From: Dehalococcoidia bacterium
GTDB taxonomy: Bacteria; Chloroflexota; Dehalococcoidia; GIF9; UBA5629
Length of the DNA: 64,000 nt
NCBI GenBank assembly: GCA_041653995.1
Contig: JBAZEK010000001.1
Location: 107,474 to 171,473 of the forward strand
Direction: 5' to 3'
The notes beneath the pieces were generated by a model that was not told where the DNA came from, did no database searches, and saw nothing but the letters and a program-made list of their open reading frames with translations. Both the position numbers and the translations under genes were made by a program. Positions 39,686 to 50,168 of this stretch are shown here, one piece after another; positions within the stretch are counted from its first letter, which is position 1; each line of letters begins with the position of its first letter.

Positions 39686-41149
39686 TTAGGCGATGACGGG
39701 CTTCTGCTTGTGCCAGGGCGTGGCCTGCTCGTAGGTATAGGCGGCGCGCAGCAGGGTTTCCTCGCCGAAGTGTTTGCCAATGAACTGCATGCCAACCGGC
39801 AGGTCGTCCACGAATCCGGCGGGAATGGAGATGGCGGGGATACCGGCGATGTTGATCGGAAGTGTGCACACATCGCTGAGGTACATCTGAACCGGATCGT
39901 CTGCCTTCTCGCCGATCTTAAAGGCCACGGTGGGCGATGTGGGTGTGACCAGGACATCGTACTTCTCAAAGGCCCGGTCGAAATCGCGTTTGATCAGGGT
40001 TCGCACCTTCTGCGCTTTCAGGTAATATGCGTCGTAGTAGCCGGCTGAGAGGGCGTAGGTGCCCAGCATAATACGCCGTTTGACCTCCGCGCCGAAGCCG
40101 TACTGCTTGGTCTTCTCCATCGATTCCCACATGCTTGTGGTCTCGCGGTAGGAGTAGCCGTATTTCACGCCGTCGTAGCGCGCAAGGTTGGCTGAAGCCT
40201 CCGAGGGCGCGAGGATATAATATGCGGCCAGGCCGTATCTGGTGTTGGGCAGTGAGACGTCCCAGTCGACTTTCGCGCCCAGTTCTTCAAGCTTTTTAAC
40301 TGCATCCTCTATGGCCTTACGGACGGCGGGCTGCATCCCCTCCACCAGGTACTCGCGCGGTACTCCTATGCGCAGGCCCTTGATATCCGGCTTCAGCGCT
40401 CTGGAATAGTCCGGCACCTCCAGCGGCACCGTGGTGGAATCGCGTTTATCATGTCCCGAGATGACATTCATCACCAGTGCGGCATCGGTTACATCTTTAG
40501 CTAACGGTCCGATCTGGTCCAGCGAGCTGGCGAAGGCTACCAGCCCGTAGCGGCTGACACGTCCGTAGGTGGGCTTGAGCCCCACCACGCCGCAGAACCC
40601 CGCCGGCTGGCGTATGCTTCCACCCGTGTCGGAACCCAGGGCGTAGACGCAGGAATCGGCGGCGACCGCTGCGGCCGAGCCGCCGCTGCTCCCGCCGGGA
40701 ACGCAGTCCAGCTTCCAGGGATTGTGCGTGGTAAAGAAGGCCGAGTTTTCCGTGGAGGAGCCCATGGCGAACTCGTCCATATTGGCCTTGCCCACCATCA
40801 CGGCATTAACCGAGTTGAGCTTCTCTATTACGTGCGCGTCGTAGGGCGGCACGAAGTTCTCCAGCATTTTGGAGGAGCAGGTGGTGGTGACGCCCCTGGT
40901 GCACATGTTGTCCTTGATGATGGCCGGCACGCCGGTCAGGGGGCTGCACCTGCCCTCAGCGATTGCCCTATCCGCAGCCGCAGCGCTTGCCATCGCCTGT
41001 TCGGTAGTGATGCGCATACAGGCACGGATCTTGCCGTCGATGGATTCGAGGTATTTTAGAACGGCGCGCGTCAGCTCGACCGAAGAGATTTTTTTCTCTT
41101 TGAGCAGGGCGTGAGACTCGTGGATGGTCAGGCGGTGAAGGTCGTTCAT
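39686..41149 (-). CDS. gatA: Asp-tRNA(Asn)/Glu-tRNA(Gln) amidotransferase subunit A
   Basis: It carries the amidase signature [13 protein letters not shown]. The length is 487 aa and it follows gatC. Confidence 0.95.
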   Translation of the reverse strand: MNDLHRLTIHESHALLKEKKISSVELTRAVLKYLESIDGKIRACMRITTEQAMASAAAADRAIAEGRCSPLTGVPAIIKDNMCTRGVTTTCSSKMLENFVPPYDAHVIEKLNSVNAVMVGKANMDEFAMGSSTENSAFFTTHNPWKLDCVPGGSSGGSAAAVAADSCVYALGSDTGGSIRQPAGFCGVVGLKPTYGRVSRYGLVAFASSLDQIGPLAKDVTDAALVMNVISGHDKRDSTTVPLEVPDYSRALKPDIKGLRIGVPREYLVEGMQPAVRKAIEDAVKKLEELGAKVDWDVSLPNTRYGLAAYYILAPSEASANLARYDGVKYGYSYRETTSMWESMEKTKQYGFGAEVKRRIMLGTYALSAGYYDAYYLKAQKVRTLIKRDFDRAFEKYDVLVTPTSPTVAFKIGEKADDPVQMYLSDVCTLPINIAGIPAISIPAGFVDDLPVGMQFIGKHFGEETLLRAAYTYEQATPWHKQKPVIA

Positions 41150-41152
41150 GGA

Positions 41153-41440
41153 TTACTCCAGGACTGCATTGACCTTGAAGCAGCTCTCTTCGCGGTCAGG
41201 CGCATTGGCCAGGACATCGTCGACCGGCAGGGAAGGTCTGTCCTCATCCGGCCGGTAGATGTTCTCCAGTGCTACTGATTGTGCTGTAGGCGGAAGGCCT
41301 TCGGTGTCCGCCTGGCTGAGTATGTCGAAGTTCTCCAGGATATTGGAGAGCTGAGTGCGGAACCTCTCCACCTCGGCATCGGAGATGCCCAGCCTGGCCA
41401 GGAGAGCGATGTGTCGTACTTCTTCGTCTGTTAATTTCAT
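41153..41440 (-). CDS. gatC: Asp-tRNA(Asn)/Glu-tRNA(Gln) amidotransferase subunit C
   Basis: 95 aa with EEVRHIALLARLGISDAEVERF. It lies immediately upstream of gatA. Confidence 0.9.
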   Translation of the reverse strand: MKLTDEEVRHIALLARLGISDAEVERFRTQLSNILENFDILSQADTEGLPPTAQSVALENIYRPDEDRPSLPVDDVLANAPDREESCFKVNAVLE

Positions 41441-41481
41441 CGGCGTGCATTAAGATTCCATGCCCGAGTTGGTAGATAAGG

Positions 41482-41490
41482 ATTATAACA
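41482..41490 (-). promoter_or_regulatory. extended -10 element (TGTTATAAT) upstream of gatC
   Basis: The minus strand reads TGTTATAAT. It sits about 40 nt upstream of the gatC ATG. Confidence 0.35.
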
Positions 41491-41578
41491 TAAATGAAGC
41501 CGTATGGTGACAGGCACTGTCCCGCTCTTGCCCATCACGCGGCCAAGATAACATGCAGTTTTTAAGTTTCACACGGGT

Positions 41579-43531
41579 TCAGGGATTGCCGTAGCCGCAG
41601 ATAGAGACATTTATTTTGGTTGTGCCGTTATCTGAAGGGGCCTTGGCCGGGAAGGCAAAGTCATCGAAAAGGGCCTTTAAGTAAAAGGCCTTCTGGGTAC
41701 CCGACCCGTTCATCACAACACCCGTTGTATCTGTATTGAAAGCGAGCCAGTATGCTCTCCCTTTGGATATCGATACAGGCGGGATATTGATGGTATTCCA
41801 CGTGTTGGCGGCGCAGGCAGTGGGCTGATCGTTTGAGCTCAGCTTGTTCACAGGATGGTCGGATGCTGGGTCATGATCATAGATGGCGGCTTTGGCGGAT
41901 CCGGACTTGGAGCTATAGACCATGATTAGATCAGCGCTTCCGTCGCGGTCGGCCGTGAATTTAATGTAGTGCACATTATCCTTTCCGCTGGAGTTCTTAT
42001 TTGACGTGGACAGTTCGCTGCCCAGTATTTTAGTCATGATAACGGGAGGTGTTGTGCCGGCGGGTGGCTTCAGCTTTTCGCTGATCCACAGCGGGATCTG
42101 GTCGTTAGCTTTATCATCGGTTATCCTTTTTTGATTTCCCCCATCGGTATTCATGATATAGATGTCGTCGTTTCCAACAATATTGGAATGGTATACGATT
42201 TTCATGCCGTCCGGGGAAAAGCAGGGTTGATAGTCCTTGGCGCTGTTGAATGTGATGCGTTTCTGATTTTTTCCGTCGGCGTGCATGGTATATATCTCAG
42301 GATTGCCGTCCCGCTCGCTGACAAAGACGATCCTCTTACCGTCCGGCGACCAGCGCGCCTGCCCGTCATAGCCCTCAGCGGTGGTAAGCCGTAGCTGGTT
42401 GCTGCCGTCGGCATCCATGACATAGATCTCATAGTTGCCGTCACGGTCTGTATAGAATACGATTTTATCTCCCGCAGGTGACCAGCGCGGCCTTTGATCG
42501 TTAGGTTTGCTCACCGTCAGCCGCTGGAGATTGCCGCCGTCGGCGTCCATAACATAGATCTCGTAATTACCGTCCCGGTTACTGACAAACGCTATTTTCT
42601 TGTTGCCGGCTGACCAGTCAACCTGTTGGTCGATGAAATTATTTTTAGTCAGATTAGTATCATTCGATACGTCCGCATCTATGCTGTATATCTCATAATT
42701 TTTATCGCGGCTGGTGCAAAAATATAATTTTTTCAGGTCAGCGGACCAGCTGGATTGCACATTGAAATATTTGCTCGTATTGTCGTGAGCGGTGAATAGT
42801 TGCGGATCCGATCCGTCCGGATTCATAACCCAAACCTGCCAGGTACCATCACGATTGCTGTCAAAGATGATCATGCCGCGCTCTGAAGAGCCGACCGGCA
42901 TGCCGGGCAGTATCGCGAAAACAAAGACAACCACGGCATAAACCGCCGTAAGCCCGATGCCGGTCCAGAGCATAGCCTTCGCTTTGCCGGGCTCTTTAGA
43001 TTTATTCATGAACCAGGCGAGCAGACCTCCTATGAAAGCGAGCAGTACAGGGGCCAGCCACCACAGTCCCGAGGGTACTTTGACGTCACGATGGGGTGTT
43101 TGTTTACCGGTATCGGTTGCAGCGGATGGAGTTATTATCGCCTTTTTTATTACGGGAGGCACACTTGTGGCAGGGGTCACAGCGGCTGCTGTCTGCGGTT
43201 GCGCCATCGGTACAGCCGGCGGAGCAATCCTGCCGACGTCCTGTTTGGACTCGGTTGCAGGAGCGATGTTGCTGATCTCCTGCTTCGGCGCGGACGGTTG
43301 CTGTTCTATCTGTTTCTGCTTTGATTTAGATCGAGCATCGCCGGTTGGCATCGGAGCAGACGGCTGCTCCTTTATGGTGAACAATTTATTGGCACAGGAC
43401 GTACAGTAGACCCTGTCCTTGACCTCTGTATAACAGGCTTTGCAGACCAGGTGCCCGCATTCGCTACAAGCTCCAACGGCGTCTTTCCCAGGATGCTGGG
43501 TGCAGTATGACATATCGGACCTCCTCGCCAC
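41579..43531 (-). CDS. membrane protein: N-terminal double zinc ribbon, Pro/Ala-rich linker, TM helix, PD40 (TolB-like) beta-propeller repeats, unknown C-terminal domain
   Basis: The Cys pattern is CTQHPGKDAVGACSECGHLVCKACYTEVKDRVYCTSC. It has at least 6 repeats of the type SPDGKxIVFxSxRDGNxEIYVMDADG. Confidence 0.85.
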   Translation of the reverse strand: MARRSDMSYCTQHPGKDAVGACSECGHLVCKACYTEVKDRVYCTSCANKLFTIKEQPSAPMPTGDARSKSKQKQIEQQPSAPKQEISNIAPATESKQDVGRIAPPAVPMAQPQTAAAVTPATSVPPVIKKAIITPSAATDTGKQTPHRDVKVPSGLWWLAPVLLAFIGGLLAWFMNKSKEPGKAKAMLWTGIGLTAVYAVVVFVFAILPGMPVGSSERGMIIFDSNRDGTWQVWVMNPDGSDPQLFTAHDNTSKYFNVQSSWSADLKKLYFCTSRDKNYEIYSIDADVSNDTNLTKNNFIDQQVDWSAGNKKIAFVSNRDGNYEIYVMDADGGNLQRLTVSKPNDQRPRWSPAGDKIVFYTDRDGNYEIYVMDADGSNQLRLTTAEGYDGQARWSPDGKRIVFVSERDGNPEIYTMHADGKNQKRITFNSAKDYQPCFSPDGMKIVYHSNIVGNDDIYIMNTDGGNQKRITDDKANDQIPLWISEKLKPPAGTTPPVIMTKILGSELSTSNKNSSGKDNVHYIKFTADRDGSADLIMVYSSKSGSAKAAIYDHDPASDHPVNKLSSNDQPTACAANTWNTINIPPVSISKGRAYWLAFNTDTTGVVMNGSGTQKAFYLKALFDDFAFPAKAPSDNGTTKINVSICGYGNP

Positions 43532-43613
43532 AAAAGGATGTTTGGATGTGATGTATCATACTCGATATATATAATAATGGTCAACGAGAGAGCAGCACTG
43601 AAAGCAAGCGGGG

Positions 43614-44402
43614 TTAAATTTTAGTCCATCTGTACCCGCTTAATGCCCAGAGCACCACGTTGGTTCCGTAGAATACCCAGACCAGGCAGAACATTACCTG
43701 TGAGACGTTTCCCAGGCCCAGGTTATAGACCTCCCCGAAAATCTCTGTAATGTACCAGCAGGTGGCTGCTATGGCCACCATCCAGGCATTGGGCGCGGGA
43801 TAGAGCTTGCGGCGCATCGTCTCCCACGCCAGCCAGGTCGTGGTGCAGAAGAAAGCTGTGTAAACCGGACCGAGCACGCCGTGCCCGACCCGCACGATGT
43901 CATTCCACAGGATCGCTATTACAATCACGGCTGAGCCGTAGATTAACACGGGAAGCCATAATTCAGACAGCCTGAACTTTTTGAAGTAACCGAAGCCGCG
44001 TCCTACGCGTATGATCAGGAAAATATGGGCGATAATGGAGAGCACGCCGCCGATCATGAAGACCCAGCCTCCCACGGTCATTCCTGGAACCGCAACCACC
44101 ACACTCATCAGTATATCCGTGGGCAGCATACAGCAGAACGCCAGCAGCAGCAGCGTCCAGTCATTTTTCTCCAGCGCATACCTTCCTGCGATAAGAACGA
44201 TGATCATCGACAACAGGGTGATACCCGGCTTGGCGATGGCGGGATAGAGACTGCCTGTGCCGTAGAGATAGTTGATCCAGTCGACGCCGAAGATTGATCC
44301 AGCCAGCAGCAGAGTGGCGCCCAGCAGCGCAAATACCCATATTCGCCTTGCGCCCTGCAATACCGCTCCCTGAAGCTGTCCATTACTCATCTTAACCTCC
44401 AA
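43614..44402 (-). CDS. polytopic integral membrane protein (possibly YhhN-like)
   Basis: It has about 8 hydrophobic segments. The family guess rests only on weak motif resemblance (AKPGITLL, LPTDILM). Confidence 0.7.
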   Translation of the reverse strand: MEVKMSNGQLQGAVLQGARRIWVFALLGATLLLAGSIFGVDWINYLYGTGSLYPAIAKPGITLLSMIIVLIAGRYALEKNDWTLLLLAFCCMLPTDILMSVVVAVPGMTVGGWVFMIGGVLSIIAHIFLIIRVGRGFGYFKKFRLSELWLPVLIYGSAVIVIAILWNDIVRVGHGVLGPVYTAFFCTTTWLAWETMRRKLYPAPNAWMVAIAATCWYITEIFGEVYNLGLGNVSQVMFCLVWVFYGTNVVLWALSGYRWTKI

Positions 44403-44438
44403 AACTCAAATCGGAGAGGTGGTTTTCTTTATCAGGAA

Positions 44439-44684
44439 TTAATCAAATAGCTCTTTAATAAGAGTATGCTTAGCCATTTCAAGGTATACTGATAGGTCGT
44501 TTATGATATTGTTCAGGGTGCCGACCCGTATAGGATTATGTGCCGGTATGGTTATATGATGCTCAGCGCCTTTGATATTACTGGTTATTTTGATGTGACT
44601 GCCGGCACGATGGCTTTCCCGATATCCATACCTCGTTAGAAGTGAAACAAGTTTCTCGCCACCGATATCACGCGGCAGCTTCAT
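44439..44684 (-). CDS. hicA: HicA-family toxin (mRNA interferase)
   Basis: Motifs are GEKLVSLLTRYGYRESHRAGSHIKI...IPAHNPIRVGTLNNII. It overlaps the upstream antitoxin-like gene by 4 nt. Confidence 0.8.
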   Translation of the reverse strand: MKLPRDIGGEKLVSLLTRYGYRESHRAGSHIKITSNIKGAEHHITIPAHNPIRVGTLNNIINDLSVYLEMAKHTLIKELFD

Positions 44685-44890
44685 ACTTTGATGACCTCGT
44701 CCTTTACCATGTGCAGCCTGATAAGCGCAGGCCGGTCACTTTCCGGAAAATGACACATAACCGCATCCAGCGCCATGGTTTTCAATTGCTCAATGTCATC
44801 GGCTTCTGTAAATATTGAATGGCCTAGTGCTTTCGCCTGGTAGCCCCCTTCGGGCGATTCTTCCACTAAAAAGATAATTTCCTCGGCCAT
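44681..44890 (-). CDS. hicB: HicB-like antitoxin (N-terminal domain only, UPF0150-like)
   Basis: 69 aa with IFLVEESPEGGYQAKALGHSIFTEADDIEQLKTMALDAV. No recognisable DNA-binding domain is present. Confidence 0.7.
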   Translation of the reverse strand: MAEEIIFLVEESPEGGYQAKALGHSIFTEADDIEQLKTMALDAVMCHFPESDRPALIRLHMVKDEVIKV

Positions 44891-45008
44891 TTGACTTCTC
44901 CTCTATTAAGTCGGCAACGTTGTCCAGAGCAGGTCGATTATCTATTAGTGTAACATAGTTTAATGATCTATTTAATTTTGCACTGCGTGACAGCCGGACT
45001 GCTGTAAT

Positions 45009-45038
45009 TTGAGCGTGTTCAAGCTACGATGCTATAAT
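45009..45038 (+). promoter_or_regulatory. promoter of prfA-prmC
   Basis: TTGAGC (45009-45014), an 18-nt spacer, then the extended -10 TGCTATAAT (45030-45038). AGGA lies upstream of the ATG at 45065. Confidence 0.45.
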
Positions 45039-45064
45039 GCCATGTGAATTTGCAGGACTGAGTA

Positions 45065-46135
45065 ATGTTTGAGAAGCTTGAAGCAATTGAAAAGCGCTAC
45101 GAAGAGCTGGGCGAAATGATCACCCAGCCGGAAGTCTACAATGATTTCCAGCGCGTACAGGCGCTCTCGCAGGAGCGGGCCGTCATAGAGGATGCTGTTA
45201 ACAGATACAGGCAGTACAAAGCAGTGGGAAAGGCCATTGCCGATACGCAGGCCATGATCGAAAGCGGACTGGACCCTGATATGCTCTCCATGGCCAGGGA
45301 AGAGCTATCTGAACTGAAGGCTTCGGAGCAGGCATTGGGCGAGGTTTTGCGCCTGAGCCTTGTGCCGAAAGACACCAACAAGGACAAAGACGCTATCGTG
45401 GAGATCAGAGCCGGTACGGGAGGTGATGAGGCGGCGCTCTTCGCCGCGGATTTGTACCGCATGTATTCGCGCTACGCCCAGGCTAAAGGCTGGCAGATAG
45501 ATATAATCGACAGCAACCAGAATGAGATGGGGGGCTTCAAGGAGATCATCTTTGAGGTCAAGGGCAAGGGCGCCTACGGTCATCTCAAGTATGAACGCGG
45601 TGTGCACCGTGTCCAACGAGTGCCTGTCACCGAGGCTTCGGGCAGGATACATACTTCGGCTGCTACGGTAGCCGTATTGCCTGAAGCGGAGGAGATAGAC
45701 GTGCATATCAACCAGGAGGACCTGCGGATCGACATCTTCCGCAGCGGAGGCGCCGGCGGGCAAAACGTCAACAAGCTGAGCACGGCTGTGCGTATCACGC
45801 ATATACCCACAGGAATTGTTGCAATCTGCCAGGACGAGCGGTCGCAACTCCGCAATAAGCTCAAAGCCATGGCGGTGCTGAGGTCCAGGCTATACGATAT
45901 CGAGCAGCGCAAGCAGCAGGACGAGCTCACCGAAGAGCGCAGGTCGCAGATAGGCAGCGGGGACAGGTCCGAGAAGATACGCACCTACAACTTCCCTCAG
46001 GATCGCATGACCGATCACCGCATCAATCTCAGCCTGCACGGGCTGCCCCGTATTATGGACGGCGACCTGGATAAGCTCATCGATGCGCTGGCCAATGAGG
46101 AGCAGTCGCAGCTGCTTCAGGAAAGCAAGTTGTGA
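45065..46135 (+). CDS. prfA: peptide chain release factor 1
   Basis: The GGQ motif is [11 protein letters not shown]. The RF1-type tripeptide PVT occurs in RVPVTE. Confidence 0.95.
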   Translation: MFEKLEAIEKRYEELGEMITQPEVYNDFQRVQALSQERAVIEDAVNRYRQYKAVGKAIADTQAMIESGLDPDMLSMAREELSELKASEQALGEVLRLSLVPKDTNKDKDAIVEIRAGTGGDEAALFAADLYRMYSRYAQAKGWQIDIIDSNQNEMGGFKEIIFEVKGKGAYGHLKYERGVHRVQRVPVTEASGRIHTSAATVAVLPEAEEIDVHINQEDLRIDIFRSGGAGGQNVNKLSTAVRITHIPTGIVAICQDERSQLRNKLKAMAVLRSRLYDIEQRKQQDELTEERRSQIGSGDRSEKIRTYNFPQDRMTDHRINLSLHGLPRIMDGDLDKLIDALANEEQSQLLQESKL

Positions 46136-46995
46136 CCTGCGCAGAGTGGCTGCGAAGATACACCACTGTTTTTCGTGAGGCGGATATAGGTGAGGCGGGG
46201 GATGAGGCTATAGCTCTGCTGTGCCATGCTCTCGGTCTGAATAAAGCCGCAGTTTTGGCACAGCCCGAGAGGGTATTGACCGGCGAAGAGATATCGCGGC
46301 TGGAGGAGAGGGCAGCGCGCAGGTTGCGCCGTGAGCCCCTGGCCTATATCACAGATGAGAAAGAATTCTACGGTCTCAGCTTTTTCGTCGATCCGCGGGT
46401 GTTGATACCCAGACCTGAGACGGAGACGTTGGTGGAAGCGGCGGTCGAATTTCATCGCTCATGGACCCTGCGCAATCACAGGCAAATGCTGGCGGCCGAC
46501 ATCGGCACCGGCTGCTGCGCCATCGCCATCGCGCTGGCGGCCAATATACCTGAGGCTCACCTGTACGCTGTGGACATCTCACCCACTGCGCTGGAAGTTG
46601 CCGCCATAAACGTTCATCGCCATGGACTCGACAAAAGAATAACTCTGGTTCAAGGAAATTTACTGGAGCAAATAAATCAGAAAATGGATTTGATCGTGGC
46701 CAATCTACCGTACATACAGAGTATGGAGCTGGCAGGGCTCCAGCCCGAGATTTATCTGCACGAGCCAATATTAGCGCTGGATGGGGGTGACCGTGGTACC
46801 GAGGTTATCGAAGCTATGCTAGCACAGGCGCTGAATAAAATAGCCTCCGACAGCGCTCTCCTCCTCGAAATAGGAGCAGGCCAGGAAGAGCGGTTGGGGC
46901 AGATTATTTGCGATATCTTGCCCAGCTCAGATGTGGCACTGGTCAAAGATCTGGCCGGTATCAACAGGTGTATGCGCATTACGAACGTAGCTTGA
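46132..46995 (+). CDS. prmC: release factor glutamine N5-methyltransferase
   Basis: The GTG start overlaps the prfA stop (GTGA). The SAM-binding motif is [10 protein letters not shown], with an NPPY-type ANLPY. Confidence 0.9.
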   Translation: MTCAEWLRRYTTVFREADIGEAGDEAIALLCHALGLNKAAVLAQPERVLTGEEISRLEERAARRLRREPLAYITDEKEFYGLSFFVDPRVLIPRPETETLVEAAVEFHRSWTLRNHRQMLAADIGTGCCAIAIALAANIPEAHLYAVDISPTALEVAAINVHRHGLDKRITLVQGNLLEQINQKMDLIVANLPYIQSMELAGLQPEIYLHEPILALDGGDRGTEVIEAMLAQALNKIASDSALLLEIGAGQEERLGQIICDILPSSDVALVKDLAGINRCMRITNVA

Positions 46996-47060
46996 TATGG
47001 CACATATTCAATGCCGGCTTATAATATGCAGGCCAATGCAGATTACAGGAGGAGGATTCG

Positions 47061-48191
47061 ATGACGATTCCGCGACCGTTCAAAACGACCTATGATTGGG
47101 ACTACATGGAAAAGGTGTTGAGGCGTGAAACGACGGAGGGGCCGGTGCCGCTCATTGAGTTGTTCCCGGATGCCGAGATCATGTCCGAGGTTACGGGAAT
47201 CGACTATCCCTCGGCCAGGGCCGTGGAACTTTCCACTAATACCGGTCAGTTGATCGATGACCGGGAAGCTCTGGATATGGGGATCAGGCTGATGGACCTC
47301 AGTATAGCCTTCAGCAAAGCGGTTGGATACGATTACGTGACAATGATCCCCATAGTCCCGCTCACCAAGACAAGAAGGGAACTGGCTGCGGATGACGACC
47401 CACGGCGGCAAAAACGCGCCTGGAAGGAGGAGGGCAAGGGTATTATCACCAGCCGCGCTGAATATGAAGAATACAAATGGCCTGCGCTGGATCAAATCAG
47501 TCTGCTGCCGCTGGATTACGCGGCCGGTTGCATACCTACCGGCATGAAGATCATGGTCATGTACAATGGCATCTATGAAGACCTGTCGGAGCTGATGGGG
47601 ACACAGCAAATGGCTATCAAAAGCATCGAGGAGCCTGATCTGGTCGAGGATATAATCGAGCAACTGACGCGCATTGCTGCACATGCAGTAGGTTTGTGCG
47701 CGGCTCACCCGGGCACCGGCGCCATTTTTTATTCCGATGACCTGGGCTTTAAAGGCGGCACTATTTTATCGCCGCGCTTTTTGCGGAAATACTATATGCC
47801 CAGGCTGAAACGCATCAGCGATGCCTGTCACAGGCACGGGAAACTGTTCCTGCTCCACTCTTGCGGACAGGTTATGTCCATCATGGATGACCTGATAAAC
47901 GCGGGTATAGATGCCAGGCACAGCTTCGAAGACACCATCTTGCCGGTAGAGCAGTGGTACGATAAATTTCACGACCGATTGGCTATCCTGGGGGGAGTAG
48001 ATATGGACCTGATGGCCAACGGCACTGCGGAGCAGGTGGCGCAGCGAACGCGCCGGATACTCGAGCACTGCGCCCCGGGTGGGGGATACTGCATGGGAAC
48101 GGGTAATTCAGTGGCTAACTATGTAAGAATCGAGAATTACTATGCTATGATCGACGAAACACGGAAATGGAATGTGGAGCATGGGTTTTGA
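47061..48191 (+). CDS. uroporphyrinogen decarboxylase (URO-D) family protein, MtaA-like methyltransferase homolog
   Basis: GGAGGAGG lies upstream. The Zn-type motif is LLHSCGQV, with a later Cys in GGYCMGTGNS. The length is 376 aa. Confidence 0.8.
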   Translation: MTIPRPFKTTYDWDYMEKVLRRETTEGPVPLIELFPDAEIMSEVTGIDYPSARAVELSTNTGQLIDDREALDMGIRLMDLSIAFSKAVGYDYVTMIPIVPLTKTRRELAADDDPRRQKRAWKEEGKGIITSRAEYEEYKWPALDQISLLPLDYAAGCIPTGMKIMVMYNGIYEDLSELMGTQQMAIKSIEEPDLVEDIIEQLTRIAAHAVGLCAAHPGTGAIFYSDDLGFKGGTILSPRFLRKYYMPRLKRISDACHRHGKLFLLHSCGQVMSIMDDLINAGIDARHSFEDTILPVEQWYDKFHDRLAILGGVDMDLMANGTAEQVAQRTRRILEHCAPGGGYCMGTGNSVANYVRIENYYAMIDETRKWNVEHGF

Positions 48192-48271
48192 CATCCATAT
48201 AAGGTTAAGGTAAACTTTGCGATTGGTTAAATTCTTTAACCAAATATCATATTTAGGGGTGATTTGCTACC

Positions 48272-49081
48272 ATGAACATGATCGTCTGCTGTAAACAGGT
48301 ACTCGATCCCGAAGCAGCTCCAGCCACCTTCAAACTGGATGCTGCCAACAACAGGATGGTCCAGCCGCCTGAGGTCAAGCCGGTTGTAAATCCGTATGAC
48401 GAGCAGGCTGTCGAGGCTGCCCTGCGCATCAAGGACAAGGACAAGGCTGCCCACAAGGTGACTATTATTAGCCTTGGCAACAACCTTGTGCGCGATGTGG
48501 TCAAGAAACCGCTCTCGATGGGCGCCGACGAGCTGATACTGCTTGAAGACGCTGCTTTCGAAGGCGGAGACAGTTTCTCAGTTGCTTCGGCGCTGGCAGC
48601 CGCCGTTAAAAAGGTCGGAGCTTTCGACCTGATCTTCTGCGGCAGGCAGGAATCAGAATGGGACGACGGACAGGTCGGCTCAGGATTGGCCGAGCTGCTG
48701 GGTATACCCAGTGTTACGGTAGCCAAGAAAGTTGAGGTTCTCGACGGTGGCAAAGTAAAGGTGGAACGCGTGGTTGCAGACGGCTTTCAGGTGCTGGAAG
48801 TTCAGGGCCCCGCGCTCATCACCGTCAGCAACGAGCTTGGCGAAGCGCGCTATGCCACGCTGAAGGGCATTATGGCCGCCAGTAAAAAACAGCCCGTTGT
48901 ATGGAAGCCTGCGGATATCGGCGTGGATGCCGGCAAGGTCGGCGCCGCAGCCAGGAAATCCAAGATCGTCAAGCTCTTCCAGCCGGTAAAAGAAGGCAAA
49001 TGCGATATCGTCAGCGCCGATTCACCGGCGGAGGCAGCAGCCTTGCTCGCCAATAAATTGCGCGAAGCCAAGGTTATTTAA
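48272..49081 (+). CDS. etfB: electron transfer flavoprotein subunit beta
   Basis: The N-terminus is MNMIVCCKQVLDPE, with LIFCGRQESEWDDGQVG also present. Confidence 0.9.
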   Translation: MNMIVCCKQVLDPEAAPATFKLDAANNRMVQPPEVKPVVNPYDEQAVEAALRIKDKDKAAHKVTIISLGNNLVRDVVKKPLSMGADELILLEDAAFEGGDSFSVASALAAAVKKVGAFDLIFCGRQESEWDDGQVGSGLAELLGIPSVTVAKKVEVLDGGKVKVERVVADGFQVLEVQGPALITVSNELGEARYATLKGIMAASKKQPVVWKPADIGVDAGKVGAAARKSKIVKLFQPVKEGKCDIVSADSPAEAAALLANKLREAKVI

Positions 49082-49114
49082 CGCTACCGACAGGATAATT
49101 AATAGGAGGATACA

Positions 49115-50107
49115 ATGGCTGATAATAAAGGAATACTGGTAGTCGGTGAAGCCGCTGAAGGCAAACTTCTCCCGATCACCGCTGAAATACTGGGCGCCGC
49201 TAGGAAACTTGCCGATGAGCTCAAAGAGCCCCTGAACTGCATTATTATAGGCGCAGGCCTGGGCGACACAGGGAAAGCGGCCGTGGCCGCCGGCGCGGAC
49301 AAGGTCTTACTGGCCGACGATGCGCAGCTTAAAGATTACGAGAACTCTACATATATGCAGGTCATGGAGAAAGCCGTGGCCGAGCTGGCTCCCAAGGTCA
49401 TTATTATGGGACAGACCGCCAACGGTCGGGACCTGGCCCCCAGGCTGGCCTTCAAACTGGGTGTGAGCGCGGTTATGGACTGTCTGGAGTTGGCAATGGA
49501 CGGCGGTAAGCTGCAATGCACTCGCCCGGTATACGGCGGCAATGCCAAGGCCATCTTCACTTCAGATGCTCTTCCGCAGATAGCCACCCTCAGGGTCAAG
49601 GCTGGAACCCCGCTGGCCCCCGACGCAGGCCGCGCCGGTGAGGTAGCCGCCTTCGCAGTGGCGCTGGACGCTTCCAAAATAAAGGCCAAGGTTCTTGAGA
49701 CCATCAAAGAGGAAGTTGCGGGCGTCAAGATCGAGGACGCTGCTTCGGTTATCGGTGGTGGACGTGGCATGGGCGGGCCCGAGCCATTCACCAAAGAGCT
49801 GGCGGAGCTGGCCAAGATACTCAAAGGCGCTGTAGGCGCATCCAGGCCCCCCTGCGACAACAAATGGGTGCCTGATTCCATTCAGATAGGGCTGACGGGC
49901 AAGATCATTGCCCCCGAGCTTTACATCGCGGTCGGCATCTCCGGTTCGAGCCAGCATATGTCCGGTTGCTCAGGCGCCAAGTGCATAGTGGCCATCAACA
50001 AGGACCCCGAGGCCAACATCTTTAAAGAGGCGCGCTTCGGCGTGGTGGGCGACTGGAAGGTTGTGCTTCCGGCCTTCACAGCCAAAGTCAAAGAACTGGT
50101 ATCGTAA
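49115..50107 (+). CDS. etfA: electron transfer flavoprotein subunit alpha
   Basis: AGGAGGA lies upstream. The FAD-binding C-terminus is PELYIAVGISGSSQHMSG. Confidence 0.9.
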   Translation: MADNKGILVVGEAAEGKLLPITAEILGAARKLADELKEPLNCIIIGAGLGDTGKAAVAAGADKVLLADDAQLKDYENSTYMQVMEKAVAELAPKVIIMGQTANGRDLAPRLAFKLGVSAVMDCLELAMDGGKLQCTRPVYGGNAKAIFTSDALPQIATLRVKAGTPLAPDAGRAGEVAAFAVALDASKIKAKVLETIKEEVAGVKIEDAASVIGGGRGMGGPEPFTKELAELAKILKGAVGASRPPCDNKWVPDSIQIGLTGKIIAPELYIAVGISGSSQHMSGCSGAKCIVAINKDPEANIFKEARFGVVGDWKVVLPAFTAKVKELVS

Positions 50108-50130
50108 CAGATTACGGTATAGTAAAAGGA

Positions 50131-50168
50131 ATACCCCGCCGGATTTCCGGCGGGGTATTTTATTTTTT
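50131..50168. terminator. rho-independent terminator between convergent etfA and the EF-G paralog
   Basis: A perfect 12-bp stem ATACCCCGCCGG / CCGGCGGGGTAT encloses an ATTT loop. It is followed by TTTATTTTTT on the plus strand. Confidence 0.8.
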
